A stretch of 59,000 nucleotides of DNA, filler included. It is 5 parts of 5 records of this genome, joined end to end, with 100 filler letters (N's around TTAATTAATTAA, not from the genome) between each part and the next. Parts side by side here need not be neighbours in the genome. Positions count along the whole stretch, not along the records: positions 36,125 to 43,451 come from SRR31156797_12185; positions 43,552 to 52,558 come from SRR31156797_12196; 3 more parts are not named here. One strand, given 5' to 3'. Below, piece by piece: positions 37,523 through 48,015 of this stretch. The position numbers and the translations under genes were made by a program. Below the pieces are notes generated by a model. That model was not told the origin of the DNA, did not search any database, and saw nothing but the letters and a program-made list of their open reading frames with translations. Numbering within the stretch: position 1 is the first letter of the stretch; each line of letters starts with the position of its first letter.

Positions 37523-38764
37523 TTAAATGATTTCTATTTCCGGTAAAGGAAATAAAAATTTACCACCATGCTTCTGGTATTCTTTTTCTTTCCTCAAAAT
37601 TCCATCTTTGAAATGCCAGGGTAAAACTAAATAATAATCTGGTTTCATCATCAATGCATCTTCCTCAGATACAATCGGAATACCGGTTCCAGGAGTTACA
37701 CAGCCATATTTATCCGGATTTACATCAGCAATAGCAGATATTTCATTTTTACTAAAGTTACAAAATTGAAGCAGTACGTTACCTTTAGTTGATGCTCCGT
37801 ACCCCAATATTTTTTTACCATCTTTGACCAATCCCTTTATTAATCTGATCAAATCGTTTCTATGACGGTATATCTTTTCTTCAAAGTTTTTATATGTTAC
37901 AAGTTGGTCCAGACTCATCCTTATTTCTTGATTTAACAACCAATCTATTACTGTTTTATTTTCCGGTAATGTATTATTATTTGTTTTACAAGCAGTAACA
38001 GCAAAGCTACCTCCATTCACGGAATTCATTACAACATCAATAATTTTCAAACCGGCTTCTTCAAGGATGTATTTTATTACATTCAATGAATAGAACTCGA
38101 GATGCTCATGACAAATTGTATCATAAGAATTCATTCTCAGCATTGATGGCATATAGCTTTGTTCAAAATGCCATATCCCGTCATCATCCAAAATAACTTC
38201 AATATTTCTCACAAAATCAACAGGAGATTCCAGATCATAAAACATTGCAATAGAAGTAACAATTTTGGCTCTTTCCGACGCTATCATATTATAGTTTTCA
38301 GCTGAAAAAAATTCAGGCACCATTTTAATATCATCAGTATAAAATTTTTTAAATTTATTAGCTGTTGGATCGATACCGATTCTTTTAATATCTTTCGTTT
38401 CATAAGCTTTAAGTGAAGTGGCGTCATTGCTGCCAATATCAAGCACTGTATCGCCGGGTTTCAAGCTGACGAAACTTTCCAAGCTATGTATCTTATCTGT
38501 CAAATGTCGAACCATTGAATCATTAAGTCCGGACCTATACCCATAATTATCTCCGTACATCTCCTCTAAATCATATGAATGGCCCAACTGCAACAATCCA
38601 CATCTTCGGCACCAAACAAGCTCTAATGGCCCAGATGTTATTTTGCTGTCGACTGAATTCGGAAAAACTCCGGTAAGATACTGCTTTCCTAAATTTAAGA
38701 CATGTTCCAAATTTTCCGAATTGCAAACTCTGCATTTGCTAATATTTTTATAGTTTTTGCCTAT
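37523..38764 (-). CDS. NDP-sugar C-methyltransferase (zinc-binding, class I SAM)
   Basis: CRVC..LNLGKQYL..CRRCGLLQL, DIGSNDA, YDTICHEH, GYGASTKG, LPWHF; frame open 18 codons upstream of the ORF-track start. Confidence 0.85.
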   Translation of the reverse strand: MGKNYKNISKCRVCNSENLEHVLNLGKQYLTGVFPNSVDSKITSGPLELVWCRRCGLLQLGHSYDLEEMYGDNYGYRSGLNDSMVRHLTDKIHSLESFVSLKPGDTVLDIGSNDATSLKAYETKDIKRIGIDPTANKFKKFYTDDIKMVPEFFSAENYNMIASERAKIVTSIAMFYDLESPVDFVRNIEVILDDDGIWHFEQSYMPSMLRMNSYDTICHEHLEFYSLNVIKYILEEAGLKIIDVVMNSVNGGSFAVTACKTNNNTLPENKTVIDWLLNQEIRMSLDQLVTYKNFEEKIYRHRNDLIRLIKGLVKDGKKILGYGASTKGNVLLQFCNFSKNEISAIADVNPDKYGCVTPGTGIPIVSEEDALMMKPDYYLVLPWHFKDGILRKEKEYQKHGGKFLFPLPEIEII

Positions 38765-38798
38765 GACACGATTCCTTATTCAAAAGTTTATAAATAAT

Positions 38799-41435
38799 TT
38801 ATAACACGGAATCTTTTAGATTCTTTGTCAGTTTTACTTTTTTTCTAAAAACTCTGTGCGCATTATCCAAATCATGCAATAAATTCAAATTTACTTTCAG
38901 TTTTTTTTCTACCGCTATTTTAATAGCTTCCTCAAACAACGAATAATGGCAGGGAATATAGGACCATAGTTTTTCTCTGTCAACTCCTATATCTCTGGCC
39001 AAATCAAAAACTTCAGGCATCAATACCAAATGCCATCTAGGTCGATATGAAGACCAGCTATTATGGGCATTTGCAACAATACCGATTGTCTTGAACCAAT
39101 AAGCATTGCTATAAGAATATGTTTCTAAAATGAATTTTGTCGTTGGAATGCTTTCAACAAGATCATTAAAAGGAACTCCGTCAAATGGATAATTAAAACA
39201 TGCTGCCAAAATATCGGACCTAAACACAATCTGATAAATTGCCGTAAAAAAATTGTCATGTTCTGTTGCTATTTTCGCAATAGAATACACACCTTCCGGA
39301 CTAGGATTATTGCTAATTGGAGTAACTTCTCTTATAAATTTTTCAGGTAAATCCCCCTTCACAACAAATTCTCTATGGTAAACACCAAAATTGTGAAACA
39401 AAAAAGGAATACCCTGGTTTTTTTCGATAGCTTTCAATGTATTTGTAATTGTGCCTTTTGTGATATAGTCATCATCTCCAATAACCCAAACATATTCCGA
39501 TTCATTAATAATAGAACACATTCTTAAATTACCAAGCATGCCTGTATTTGCAGGATTACATATATATTTGAAATTACTATTTCCAATAAATTTTGTCAAT
39601 TTTTCATAAGTATTATCCGTAGACGAATTATCGACAACAATACAGTTTACGTCTAATTTTTCTTTTTGTATTAATTTCAGTATATGATTTACGTTCATTT
39701 CAACAAATTCTGCTCTGTTATAAGTTGAAATAACAATCGAAAAACGGCTTTTCTCTTTTGGAAGACTTGAGCACATATTTTTATAAAATACATTATAATT
39801 TTTTTCTGTTTCCGATATATTAAATATTCTTTTTTTTGAATGTATTAATAGATTGATTCTTTCATAAACATCTTTCAAGCTGTCATTTTTATATAATATG
39901 TGTTTTGTTATCGGTATATTTATCTTCTTATTATTTAAGATTTCTATAAAATAATCCAAAGATTTTTTTGTTTCAAAAATGATGCAGTCTGCATTAACAA
40001 ATTTTATAAAAAATGCCTCTTCCATATCGGCTAAAAGAACCTTATCCGATATTTTTAGAATGCATACGTTGTTAGCATTATTAATACTATTTTTTTTCAT
40101 AAATTTTGATATTTTATAACAAGCTTTATCATCTGTAAGCGAAATTTTTAAATATATATTATTTCCTTCAAAATAATCTGTATATATAAGATATAAATAG
40201 TCCCAATCAATATTTATTGGATTCATATCATTTAAATATATTTCATTTTTACAATCTTCTAAAGATTTCATTAATTCTAATGTATAATCATTCCACGATC
40301 TATTAGGTCTACTTCTTATTTCTTTTCTTAATTTTTTTCTGTAGTTACTATTTGTAAATATTTCAATAAATCCTTTTTCTATTTCTGAATCCTTCAAAAA
40401 ATTAACAGTTTTACACCCTCCCCCAACTGCGACTTCCTGCATAGCGCCAAAATTACTCGTTAGACAAGGTACACCATGCTTTATGCTTTCAACAATAGGT
40501 AATCCAAAACCTTCATTGGCAGAGGGGAAGACAGTAAACCAGGCTTTTGCATAAGATTTATCTATTTCTTCATCGGATGCATATTCATGATAAATTATCT
40601 TAGGATTCTTCTTTATTTCTTTATGGAAATCTTCAGAACATGCAGGATGTAGAGAGCCGAATATTTCAAAAGTTATTTTTTTTAATTCAGGATATTTCCT
40701 GCATAACTTATTAAAAATTTGTAAAAATTTTGTCTGCTGCTTCCTGGGTTCAATAGTTCCGACCATCATAACTAACGGTTCCACTGGTTCTTCAATATCA
40801 TTTTCTTCTATAAAAAATGACTCTTCATCAATTCTATATTCCCCTAGATTAATATGAATAATTTTATTATTGATCCTTTTCAGCTGATCTTTTGATAAAT
40901 ATTGGGTTGATTCTAAATATCTAATTAAATCACTTCTTATAAATTTTGTAATTGTAAAAATTCTATCGCAGCGAAGTAAATTTGCAATATAAATCGTATG
41001 ATTTTCTTTATAAATACGATAGTTTTTATCTATTATCGGAATTAGGTCATAAAATATAGCAGATATTATAATTTTGTATTCCCTGCACTGTGATATGATT
41101 TTGGCAAATATATCATTTCCCTCTTCCAAATGGTATGGTATTTCTGGAAACAGCAAATAGGTATTATCTTGTTCTAATGTATCCCCGAATCTATACGCGG
41201 TCCTGCTACAATAAGGATGAGATGTCCCGGACATTGAATTATCTTTAAAAACATTTTTTATTTCTTCTTCATTACAATATCTAAGTTGACCATCTATTTT
41301 GTCCCATTTAACCATATATATATTACAATGTTCTGTCAACGCTCTTGATACTTCAATAATTACACGCTGAACTCCAGAATAACTGATACAGTTAATCATA
41401 TGACCACAATATATTAATAGATTCATATTTTCCAA
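38799..41435 (-). CDS. Multidomain glycosyltransferase (GT4 plus GT2)
   Basis: SGVQRV, YDLIP, VGTIEPRK, EGFGLPIVES (GT4); SIVISTYNR, VVDNSSTD, IGDDD (GT2). Confidence 0.9.
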   Translation of the reverse strand: MENMNLLIYCGHMINCISYSGVQRVIIEVSRALTEHCNIYMVKWDKIDGQLRYCNEEEIKNVFKDNSMSGTSHPYCSRTAYRFGDTLEQDNTYLLFPEIPYHLEEGNDIFAKIISQCREYKIIISAIFYDLIPIIDKNYRIYKENHTIYIANLLRCDRIFTITKFIRSDLIRYLESTQYLSKDQLKRINNKIIHINLGEYRIDEESFFIEENDIEEPVEPLVMMVGTIEPRKQQTKFLQIFNKLCRKYPELKKITFEIFGSLHPACSEDFHKEIKKNPKIIYHEYASDEEIDKSYAKAWFTVFPSANEGFGLPIVESIKHGVPCLTSNFGAMQEVAVGGGCKTVNFLKDSEIEKGFIEIFTNSNYRKKLRKEIRSRPNRSWNDYTLELMKSLEDCKNEIYLNDMNPINIDWDYLYLIYTDYFEGNNIYLKISLTDDKACYKISKFMKKNSINNANNVCILKISDKVLLADMEEAFFIKFVNADCIIFETKKSLDYFIEILNNKKINIPITKHILYKNDSLKDVYERINLLIHSKKRIFNISETEKNYNVFYKNMCSSLPKEKSRFSIVISTYNRAEFVEMNVNHILKLIQKEKLDVNCIVVDNSSTDNTYEKLTKFIGNSNFKYICNPANTGMLGNLRMCSIINESEYVWVIGDDDYITKGTITNTLKAIEKNQGIPFLFHNFGVYHREFVVKGDLPEKFIREVTPISNNPSPEGVYSIAKIATEHDNFFTAIYQIVFRSDILAACFNYPFDGVPFNDLVESIPTTKFILETYSYSNAYWFKTIGIVANAHNSWSSYRPRWHLVLMPEVFDLARDIGVDREKLWSYIPCHYSLFEEAIKIAVEKKLKVNLNLLHDLDNAHRVFRKKVKLTKNLKDSVL

Positions 41436-41449
41436 TATCTAATATTTTT

Positions 41450-43451
41450 CTATATTAAAAGTGTTCGCAATGTTTCATCTTTTACATCGATTAATGGATT
41501 CAGCCATTTATCATTTTTTGAAATCTTTTCTCCCCACCTATTAATAAAATAATCATGTTCATAACCTCTAATTCGATTCATATTTTCATTGTTTAAACTG
41601 AAAGACAAAGAAATTGATTCCAAATGAAACATAATTGATCGTGGTTCTAATATCAATTTTACACCACGTTCAACAGCCCTTAAACAAATATCCACATCTT
41701 GGAGAAATGTCCCCAATAAAGGATCAAAACCATTTAGGTCAGAAAATAATTCTCTTTCAATCATCAACGCCGCACCAGTCAAACATGAAACCTGTTTCGG
41801 AGCTAACAATGAAATACCCAGACTTTTATCATAAACACCAACACCCCGATACTGATGCCCTGCACAATTTCTAAAACCAAGGTACATTCCGGCATGTTGT
41901 ATATTCTGATCAGGGTATAATAATAATGGTCCAACAATTGATTGTTGAAACTTCTGGGCAGTATTTGTCATTATATCCAACCAATGTCTATTAAATCCAC
42001 ATATATCATCATTCAAAAATAAAATATATTTTCCATTCGTATTTTGTGCACCTATATTGCTTTGTTTTGAAAAATTAAAAACATCGTTATAATATTCAAC
42101 ACTTATTTTTTTATTTTCTTTTATTGTATTCAAATATTCACGTCCATAATCATAAGTTGTTTGGTTTGATACGATAATTATTTCTTTTATGCTTTTTTCT
42201 AAATTGAGTGAGTTAATTAATGATTCAAGACAATGTGAGTTATTTTTTGAACAGATAACGACACTAACCATATCTTTATTTTTCGTTAATACGGATGATT
42301 CGGTATTAATAATATCCGTAGTATTTTTTATGTTTTCCTTTATCATCTTGTTTCTATTTTTCTTTGTCGGTAAATTTTCATAACCTGCTTTTATCAGAGG
42401 AAAATCTATATGCAACACTTTATCAGTTTTATTCAACTCGGAAAATTCCGTTGATAAAAATAATTGTTTTACAATATCATATGGATTACAACATATATAC
42501 TCGTTGCTATCGGATTTTGTGATATTTTTTGGTATGGAATCATGCAATGGATCATTTAAGAATTCTTGATCCTTTAGCATATTCATGCTTAATAATTTTA
42601 ATAAAGTTTCACCTTTAATGATAAATCTTGAGTAAAAATAATCACAATATATCCCATTGACAGAATCAACTCCATGAAGCAATACTGGAAAAGAATATTC
42701 CTCATTATAAAAATAAAAATCGAATAATATAATTTCCTTATCAAACGTATTATAAATTTTTAGTATTTTTATAATGTTTTCATTGATATCATCGCCATAT
42801 TTTATAAATATTACATAATCTTCATTTTTGATAATATTTTTCATATTTACAACATTAGAAACGATAACATTCCTATTTGTATATTTTTCATCAAATAATT
42901 CACCTATTATAGTTATATCAATATCTTTTCTTAACTTTTGAATTAATGTATTCACATAATATTCAATATCTTTATTTTCTAATTCATAAGATATATCTGT
43001 ATCCAATGTAATATGTATAACTAAATGTTTTTTTGTATTGTCATATTTTTTATGTGAATTCCTACACAAATCTTTATATCTTTTTATTAAATAATCACTC
43101 CATAAATTGATATCTATCTGCCAATAATAGGAATACTCGTTTTTATATTTATTTATTCTTTCATAGGTTTGTGTATTATTTATACAATTGATATTTTTAT
43201 GCTGGTGAACATTTTCTCGTCCAAATGTATCCAGATGGGCTTTTAAACTTGGATATTTATTTATTCGTTCGAGTAATCTTACCCGTAGATAGTCTCTTTT
43301 CATGGCAATTGCCACAATCCTGGAAGTAAACCGCTTAGGAACGGGTAGCACCCACATTACCAGAAAAAATGGTACTTGGTATGCCCGTTTAAAGACATCC
43401 AATAGTTTGCGGAAGGGCCAAGTGATTCGCCATGACCAACTTGCATATACG
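41450..43451 (-). CDS. GT2 glycosyltransferase, 5'-truncated by contig end
   Basis: SVVICSKN, FNFSKQSNIGA, FLNDD, QHAG, QDVDICLR; frame open to the contig edge with SWSWRITWPFR motif. Confidence 0.85.
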
Positions 43452-43551
43452 NNNNNNNNNNNNNNNNNNNNNNNNNNNNNNNNNNNNNNNNNNNNTTAAT
43501 TAATTAANNNNNNNNNNNNNNNNNNNNNNNNNNNNNNNNNNNNNNNNNNNN
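43452..43551. other. Artificial contig spacer
   Basis: N-run with TTAATTAATTAA. Confidence 0.98.
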
Positions 43552-43728
43552 TCAAAGGAAGTCCGATGCAGAATTTGGGTTAAATTATCGAGATTTTTTT
43601 CAGAGAGTCTCACCCACATTCTACATCTGTGTGGATTCCCTTCCCGCTTCTCTTGGTCTTGACGAAAGGGGAAGAGTACAAGGTGTTCTCCTTCTCTCTA
43701 AAAAGGAATAGAATGAAGATTTTTCTGA

Positions 43729-44286
43729 TTATATGTCTATTAATTTACTTGGTTTGGTCATCAATGCATTACGGCTATTTAAAGGGTTATTCTTCGGGGA
43801 AAGAGGACGCTCTTGAGAAGAAAGACTTTCAAAGGCGCGAGTTAAGATGGTTTCTTTATCCTTACTTTGGCACGATCCCATGTTGAGTATGATGGATATG
43901 ATGGCTAATATAGCCATTATAATAAATTGGGCGTCTTGTTTCGTTTCAGGAATTAGGTTCCAAATGCTTTTTTGCTCAGGGAACTTTTTCTTGAGTTTCT
44001 TTTTGATGTTTTTAGGACTTTTGGTTCGGCTTAATTCTTTTTGGATAGTAGTTAAAACTTTTTGTAGAATTAAAAAATCGTCAAATTTTTGTATCGTTGC
44101 AAATAATTTATCTTGTACAATTTTATATACACCATCCATTATCTCGCATGCTCCACCACAAGCCGGGCAAGGGCTAAAACCACAATTTGTGAACTGGATT
44201 TGTCCACCAGTACCACCAACAATGTTGTTCGCAAAAAAAAGAGTTCTGCATTTTGGATTGAGACATTTTACTGGGATTGGTGCCAT
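43729..44286 (-). CDS. Hypothetical protein with N-terminal zinc ribbon and C-terminal TM
   Basis: CLNPKC..CPAC; hydrophobic FIIMAILAIISIIL; GAGG RBS. Confidence 0.65.
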   Translation of the reverse strand: MAPIPVKCLNPKCRTLFFANNIVGGTGGQIQFTNCGFSPCPACGGACEIMDGVYKIVQDKLFATIQKFDDFLILQKVLTTIQKELSRTKSPKNIKKKLKKKFPEQKSIWNLIPETKQDAQFIIMAILAIISIILNMGSCQSKDKETILTRAFESLSSQERPLSPKNNPLNSRNALMTKPSKLIDI

Positions 44287-44860
44287 AAGAAGACCTCAAA
44301 AATGTAAACGATTTTTAAAAGACACTCGTCAATCCCTATATAATATAATTCTGCTTGAAGCAAGGACAGCATAGTGAGAGTTAAAGAATCAGCTCAATAT
44401 AAACTCTTTTTCCAGGGCCGCCCAATAACCTTTCGGGCGGCCTCCCTGGCCGGGGTCCCTTTTACAACCTCTTTGACGGCTTTCTTTGTGGTTATGTTGC
44501 TAATGTTATCGCTTTTTTCTATTTATTCAGGTCGGTTGTGGCGCCTGGTTCATTTGAACCACTCCCGTTTTTTATTTTCAACGCCTTTGACTTGATAGTC
44601 TCCACGTTCATATCGGTTTCAAAAATCCGGTTGACCTCTTCCGTCACGTCCCGCGCTATTGAGCTAACGCTTTTTATGGTGTCCCCGGTTTCCCAAAAGG
44701 ATTTTTATTGGATTCTTAACTGGATAACTATTCGGAATAATAGAGTTTTATTGACTTTTTCTTGCAGTCATGTCAAAAAGGTCGGGCTTTAAAATAGAAC
44801 AGCCCCGGAAATAAGCTGGAACTTTTCTCCGGGGCCTAACCACAATCATTTAAAAAGGAA

Positions 44861-45043
44861 ATGATCATGACTAAAAACAACACTACCCTACCGGCCAACG
44901 ACGTTCAACAAATTTCGATAGTAAAATATTGGCGCCTGGCCGAAAAATACCATGGGTCAGAAGAATTGAAAATTTTAATTTTGGAAAAACTCCAAGAAGG
45001 TTTTTTCATCAATAATATTATCAGGGCAATAGAAAAAGCCTGA
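44861..45043 (+). CDS. Small hypothetical phage-like protein
   Basis: AAGGA RBS, preceded by a GCCCCGG/CCGGGGC hairpin, followed by a CAAAAGCG/CGCTTTTG hairpin. Confidence 0.45.
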   Translation: MIMTKNNTTLPANDVQQISIVKYWRLAEKYHGSEELKILILEKLQEGFFINNIIRAIEKA

Positions 45044-45116
45044 TACCAAACACAAAAGCGCCTGGGTTAAATCCGGACGCTTTTGTTTAATGAAATAAAA
45101 TAAGGGTAACCACCCC

Positions 45117-45347
45117 ATGAACCAGACACGAAAAAATGAAAATAGTGCGTTGCATATTAGGCGGAGTATTCAGGCTATTGACGATTCAATTGACCAGTTA
45201 CAAAAGGCGCGGGCCGGGCTTGTGGCTATGTTGCCCCGAAAAAATTTAAAACCGGTTGATTTTAGAATCGAATTACCCGACGGGCGGGTTATAGGCCCTA
45301 AGGGATGGGTGACTAAAAAAGACAGCAGTACGAAGAATAAAGGGTAG
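45117..45347 (+). CDS. Small hypothetical protein
   Basis: 76-aa ORF, helical N-half; no motif. Confidence 0.4.
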   Translation: MNQTRKNENSALHIRRSIQAIDDSIDQLQKARAGLVAMLPRKNLKPVDFRIELPDGRVIGPKGWVTKKDSSTKNKG

Positions 45348-45479
45348 GCCGCCGGAGCCATGTTACCCAACAATTAGACGCTAAGGCCGATATTCAATTG
45401 ATTTTCTTGAATATTGGCCTAACCTTCCATTCTTCGTCCGGGTGGTCAAAGAATGGTGTATGTGGTAAATGGAAAAACC

Positions 45480-45785
45480 ATGAACACGAATGATAAAACA
45501 TATTGCTCCAATGAATTGGAAAAAGAGTATGGGCCGATCTCTTTTGGCCGCGCTCTTTGGGCATACCGGAAAGGGGAAGAAATCCGAAAAGAAGAGTTCG
45601 CCCAGGCCCTGGGCATTTCACCATTAAGCCTTTCTGATATGGAAAAAGGCCGGTGCATCCCCACAATCCGCCGGGCCGGTGACATCGCCAAACAGTTGGG
45701 GCAATCGGTGCCTTTATGGATTGAATTTGCCCTACAGGATCAGTTGCGGGTGGCGGGGCTTGATTATATTGTGGCTGTGAGATAA
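45480..45785 (+). CDS. XRE/HigA-like HTH regulator
   Basis: SFGRALWAYR..EEFAQALGISPLSLSDMEKGR..WIEFALQDQL. Confidence 0.82.
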   Translation: MNTNDKTYCSNELEKEYGPISFGRALWAYRKGEEIRKEEFAQALGISPLSLSDMEKGRCIPTIRRAGDIAKQLGQSVPLWIEFALQDQLRVAGLDYIVAVR

Positions 45786-45846
45786 AAAGGATGGTGAGCC
45801 TTTTCATTAGGTTTTTCAACAATCTTTTTTAAGGAGTATTCACTTT

Positions 45847-46407
45847 ATGGGGTTACTTGATAATCATACAAACCGGCACAAAGTTTTTGTAAGTTACCAT
45901 CATGCAAATGACCAATTATATCGAAATTTTTTTGAAAAGTTCTTTTCTGATACATATGATATAATGGTATCAAAATCTGTCCAAATTGGAGATATTGACT
46001 CAAATCTAAAGACTGATACTATTCGTCAAAAAATTAGAGATGAATATCTCCGGGATTCCACCGTGACGGTTGTTTTAATAGGGGCTGAAACATGGAAACG
46101 TAAACATGTAGATTGGGAAATTGGGGCAAGTATAAGAGCCACCCAATATAATCCACGATCTGGATTGTTGGGCATTGTATTGCCGACTTACCCCAGGTCA
46201 AGCCAACAAAACTACTCCCGCTATACTATTCCACCAAGGCTTTATAAGAACATTGAATGTAAGTTCGCAAAAATTTACAATTGGAGCGAGAATCCAAGCT
46301 CTGTCCACAGCTGGATTCATGAAGCTTTTTTAAGAAGAAATGAGGTAAATCCCGATAACTCTTATCCCAATTTTGTGAATAATCGTTCAGGGGAAAGGTG
46401 GTATTAA
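45847..46407 (+). CDS. TIR domain protein, ThsB/DUF1863-like
   Basis: HKVFVSYHHAND, DSTVTVVLIGAETWKRKHVDWEI with catalytic Glu, GLLGIVLP; AAGGAG RBS. Confidence 0.9.
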   Translation: MGLLDNHTNRHKVFVSYHHANDQLYRNFFEKFFSDTYDIMVSKSVQIGDIDSNLKTDTIRQKIRDEYLRDSTVTVVLIGAETWKRKHVDWEIGASIRATQYNPRSGLLGIVLPTYPRSSQQNYSRYTIPPRLYKNIECKFAKIYNWSENPSSVHSWIHEAFLRRNEVNPDNSYPNFVNNRSGERWY

Positions 46408-46880
46408 TGAAGTGGGAAAAATGGTTAGAAAAATGGGATATGACATCCCTCAAAATAAAAGTACCATTTCTTGATATGGAATGGAAACCCCAAGATGAGG
46501 ATAAAAAAGCCGCATGGGAGCTTTATATTGAACTTTTGACGCGAATTACCACACAGCCTCTTGATCTAAAGCATGGGGATGAAGAAACCGCTTTAAAAAG
46601 CATATATTCAATATTTCCTATTTCCCGCGAAGTAATGAAAAATAATGGTCGGCACTGCATGGAATTTACAAAAATCGCAGTGATTGTTCTAAACCAGGTA
46701 GTCAGGCCATTTACGGCTAAATGGCATGGAGTTCTGACCAAAAAGGGGTTTGAGTCTCCTAAAATATGCGCTGAATTTAGAGACGAATTAGAGGAACTAC
46801 AGGCTGTTTTAAAAAACTATACAAAAATGCTCGCAGATATGGCTGGGGTAGAAGATTTGACCGAAATGGAAAAAAATTAA
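46407..46880 (+). CDS. Helical protein of unknown function coupled to TIR
   Basis: TAATG stop/start overlap with the TIR gene; AAWELYIELLTRITTQPL, VLNQVVRPFTAKWH. Confidence 0.8.
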   Translation: MKWEKWLEKWDMTSLKIKVPFLDMEWKPQDEDKKAAWELYIELLTRITTQPLDLKHGDEETALKSIYSIFPISREVMKNNGRHCMEFTKIAVIVLNQVVRPFTAKWHGVLTKKGFESPKICAEFRDELEELQAVLKNYTKMLADMAGVEDLTEMEKN

Positions 46881-46971
46881 CGACACTCCAAATTATTATA
46901 AAAGACTCAATATGGCCCCTTTTTTTTGAAAGAGGGGTGGGAAATATGTATGTTTAAATTGAGGAATTAAA

Positions 46972-47412
46972 ATGCCTGGGAATGATAAATCTTGTATTGA
47001 TGAGATTGATTTTATAAAAGCTGAGCAGATGCATGCTGCCGCTTTACAAATAAGCAAAACGTGTTTTGATTTTAAGAAATTGTGTGTTTCATTTTTGGGC
47101 GTTGCAATGGCTGTCCTTATAAAGTTCACAGGCAAACATGTCGACCACAGTTTCTTTGTTGTCGGGCTTATTATAATCATCGGTTTTTGGATTTCAGACG
47201 CCACAGCATATTACTATCAAAAAAGCCTTCGACAACGAATTGATATTCAATTTAAACAAATTGCGGCTCGAAATGATATAGCCAGTATGCCAGAGTTGTC
47301 GAAAACAAACGCAAAGGAAGCACTTTTTAATCCATCAATGTTTTTGTACTATATACTTGGATTGCTTTTTATAGGTTCTTGGGTGTCATTTTCCGCAGGA
47401 TGGATAAAATAG
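46972..47412 (+). CDS. Small membrane protein (~3 TM), candidate TIR-linked effector
   Basis: GAGGA RBS; hydrophobic LCVSFLGVAMAVLI, FFVVGLIIIIGFWISD, MFLYYILGLLFIGSW. Confidence 0.78.
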   Translation: MPGNDKSCIDEIDFIKAEQMHAAALQISKTCFDFKKLCVSFLGVAMAVLIKFTGKHVDHSFFVVGLIIIIGFWISDATAYYYQKSLRQRIDIQFKQIAARNDIASMPELSKTNAKEALFNPSMFLYYILGLLFIGSWVSFSAGWIK

Positions 47413-47415
47413 GAT

Positions 47416-47778
47416 ATGCGAATTTTTGTGAGTTATACAACCCGGGATAATTATCTGAACGAAAAACGTCTAAAAGAAGTTTTCATTGTGATGAAACAAT
47501 TCGGTCAGACCTATATCGATTTATTGCACAATGATTCAAAAGACCGGCAAAGAAGGGTTGAAAATGAATTGGCCCAATCATCTACTGTTGTTTTTCTTGA
47601 AACCTCTGCTATTTCAGAATCTTTTTGGTTTATGAAAGAAAAAAATCTTGCCATTAAACATCAAAAAAGATGTGTTGAAATTCCCATAGACGATTCTTTG
47701 AAATGGGCAGACACATTATATTTAATCAAAGTATCGATGGAAACCGTCATCAATAAACGTGGCCTGAGCAACTTATAA
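47416..47778 (+). CDS. Stand-alone minimal TIR domain protein
   Basis: RIFVSYTTRD, YIDL, SSTVVFL, SESFWFMKE with Glu at the expected catalytic position. Confidence 0.75.
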   Translation: MRIFVSYTTRDNYLNEKRLKEVFIVMKQFGQTYIDLLHNDSKDRQRRVENELAQSSTVVFLETSAISESFWFMKEKNLAIKHQKRCVEIPIDDSLKWADTLYLIKVSMETVINKRGLSNL

Positions 47779-48015
47779 GGCGGCACTTTTCGTTCGATTT
47801 AAGACAGGTTCAAGATTTTATGGATATTATCCCATGTGTCACTTGTTACCCTTTTGAAAAAAGCCCGTATGAAGTGGGAATTTGCGGTCTTTCCAGCCCT
47901 CGACAAATGGCGGGGGAAGGACCCATAGTGACAATGGTTTTATCCTTGAATTTTTCGGACAGAAATACTTATCAATCATTTAAATTTCAAATACTTTAAG
48001 CAGAGACACAAACTC

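Noticed and set aside
44520-44730. Minus-strand frame (ETGDTIKSVSSIARDVTEEVNRIFET) that may be a decayed phage gene
   Set aside because: Interrupted by stops, no start codon, and I cannot name the family without a search.
45350-45785. HigBA toxin-antitoxin pair
   Set aside because: No intact toxin ORF upstream of the HTH gene.
45847-47778. Canonical Thoeris, CBASS or Pycsar
   Set aside because: No ThsA (SIR2/SLOG/Macro), CD-NTase or cyclase is visible in the contig.
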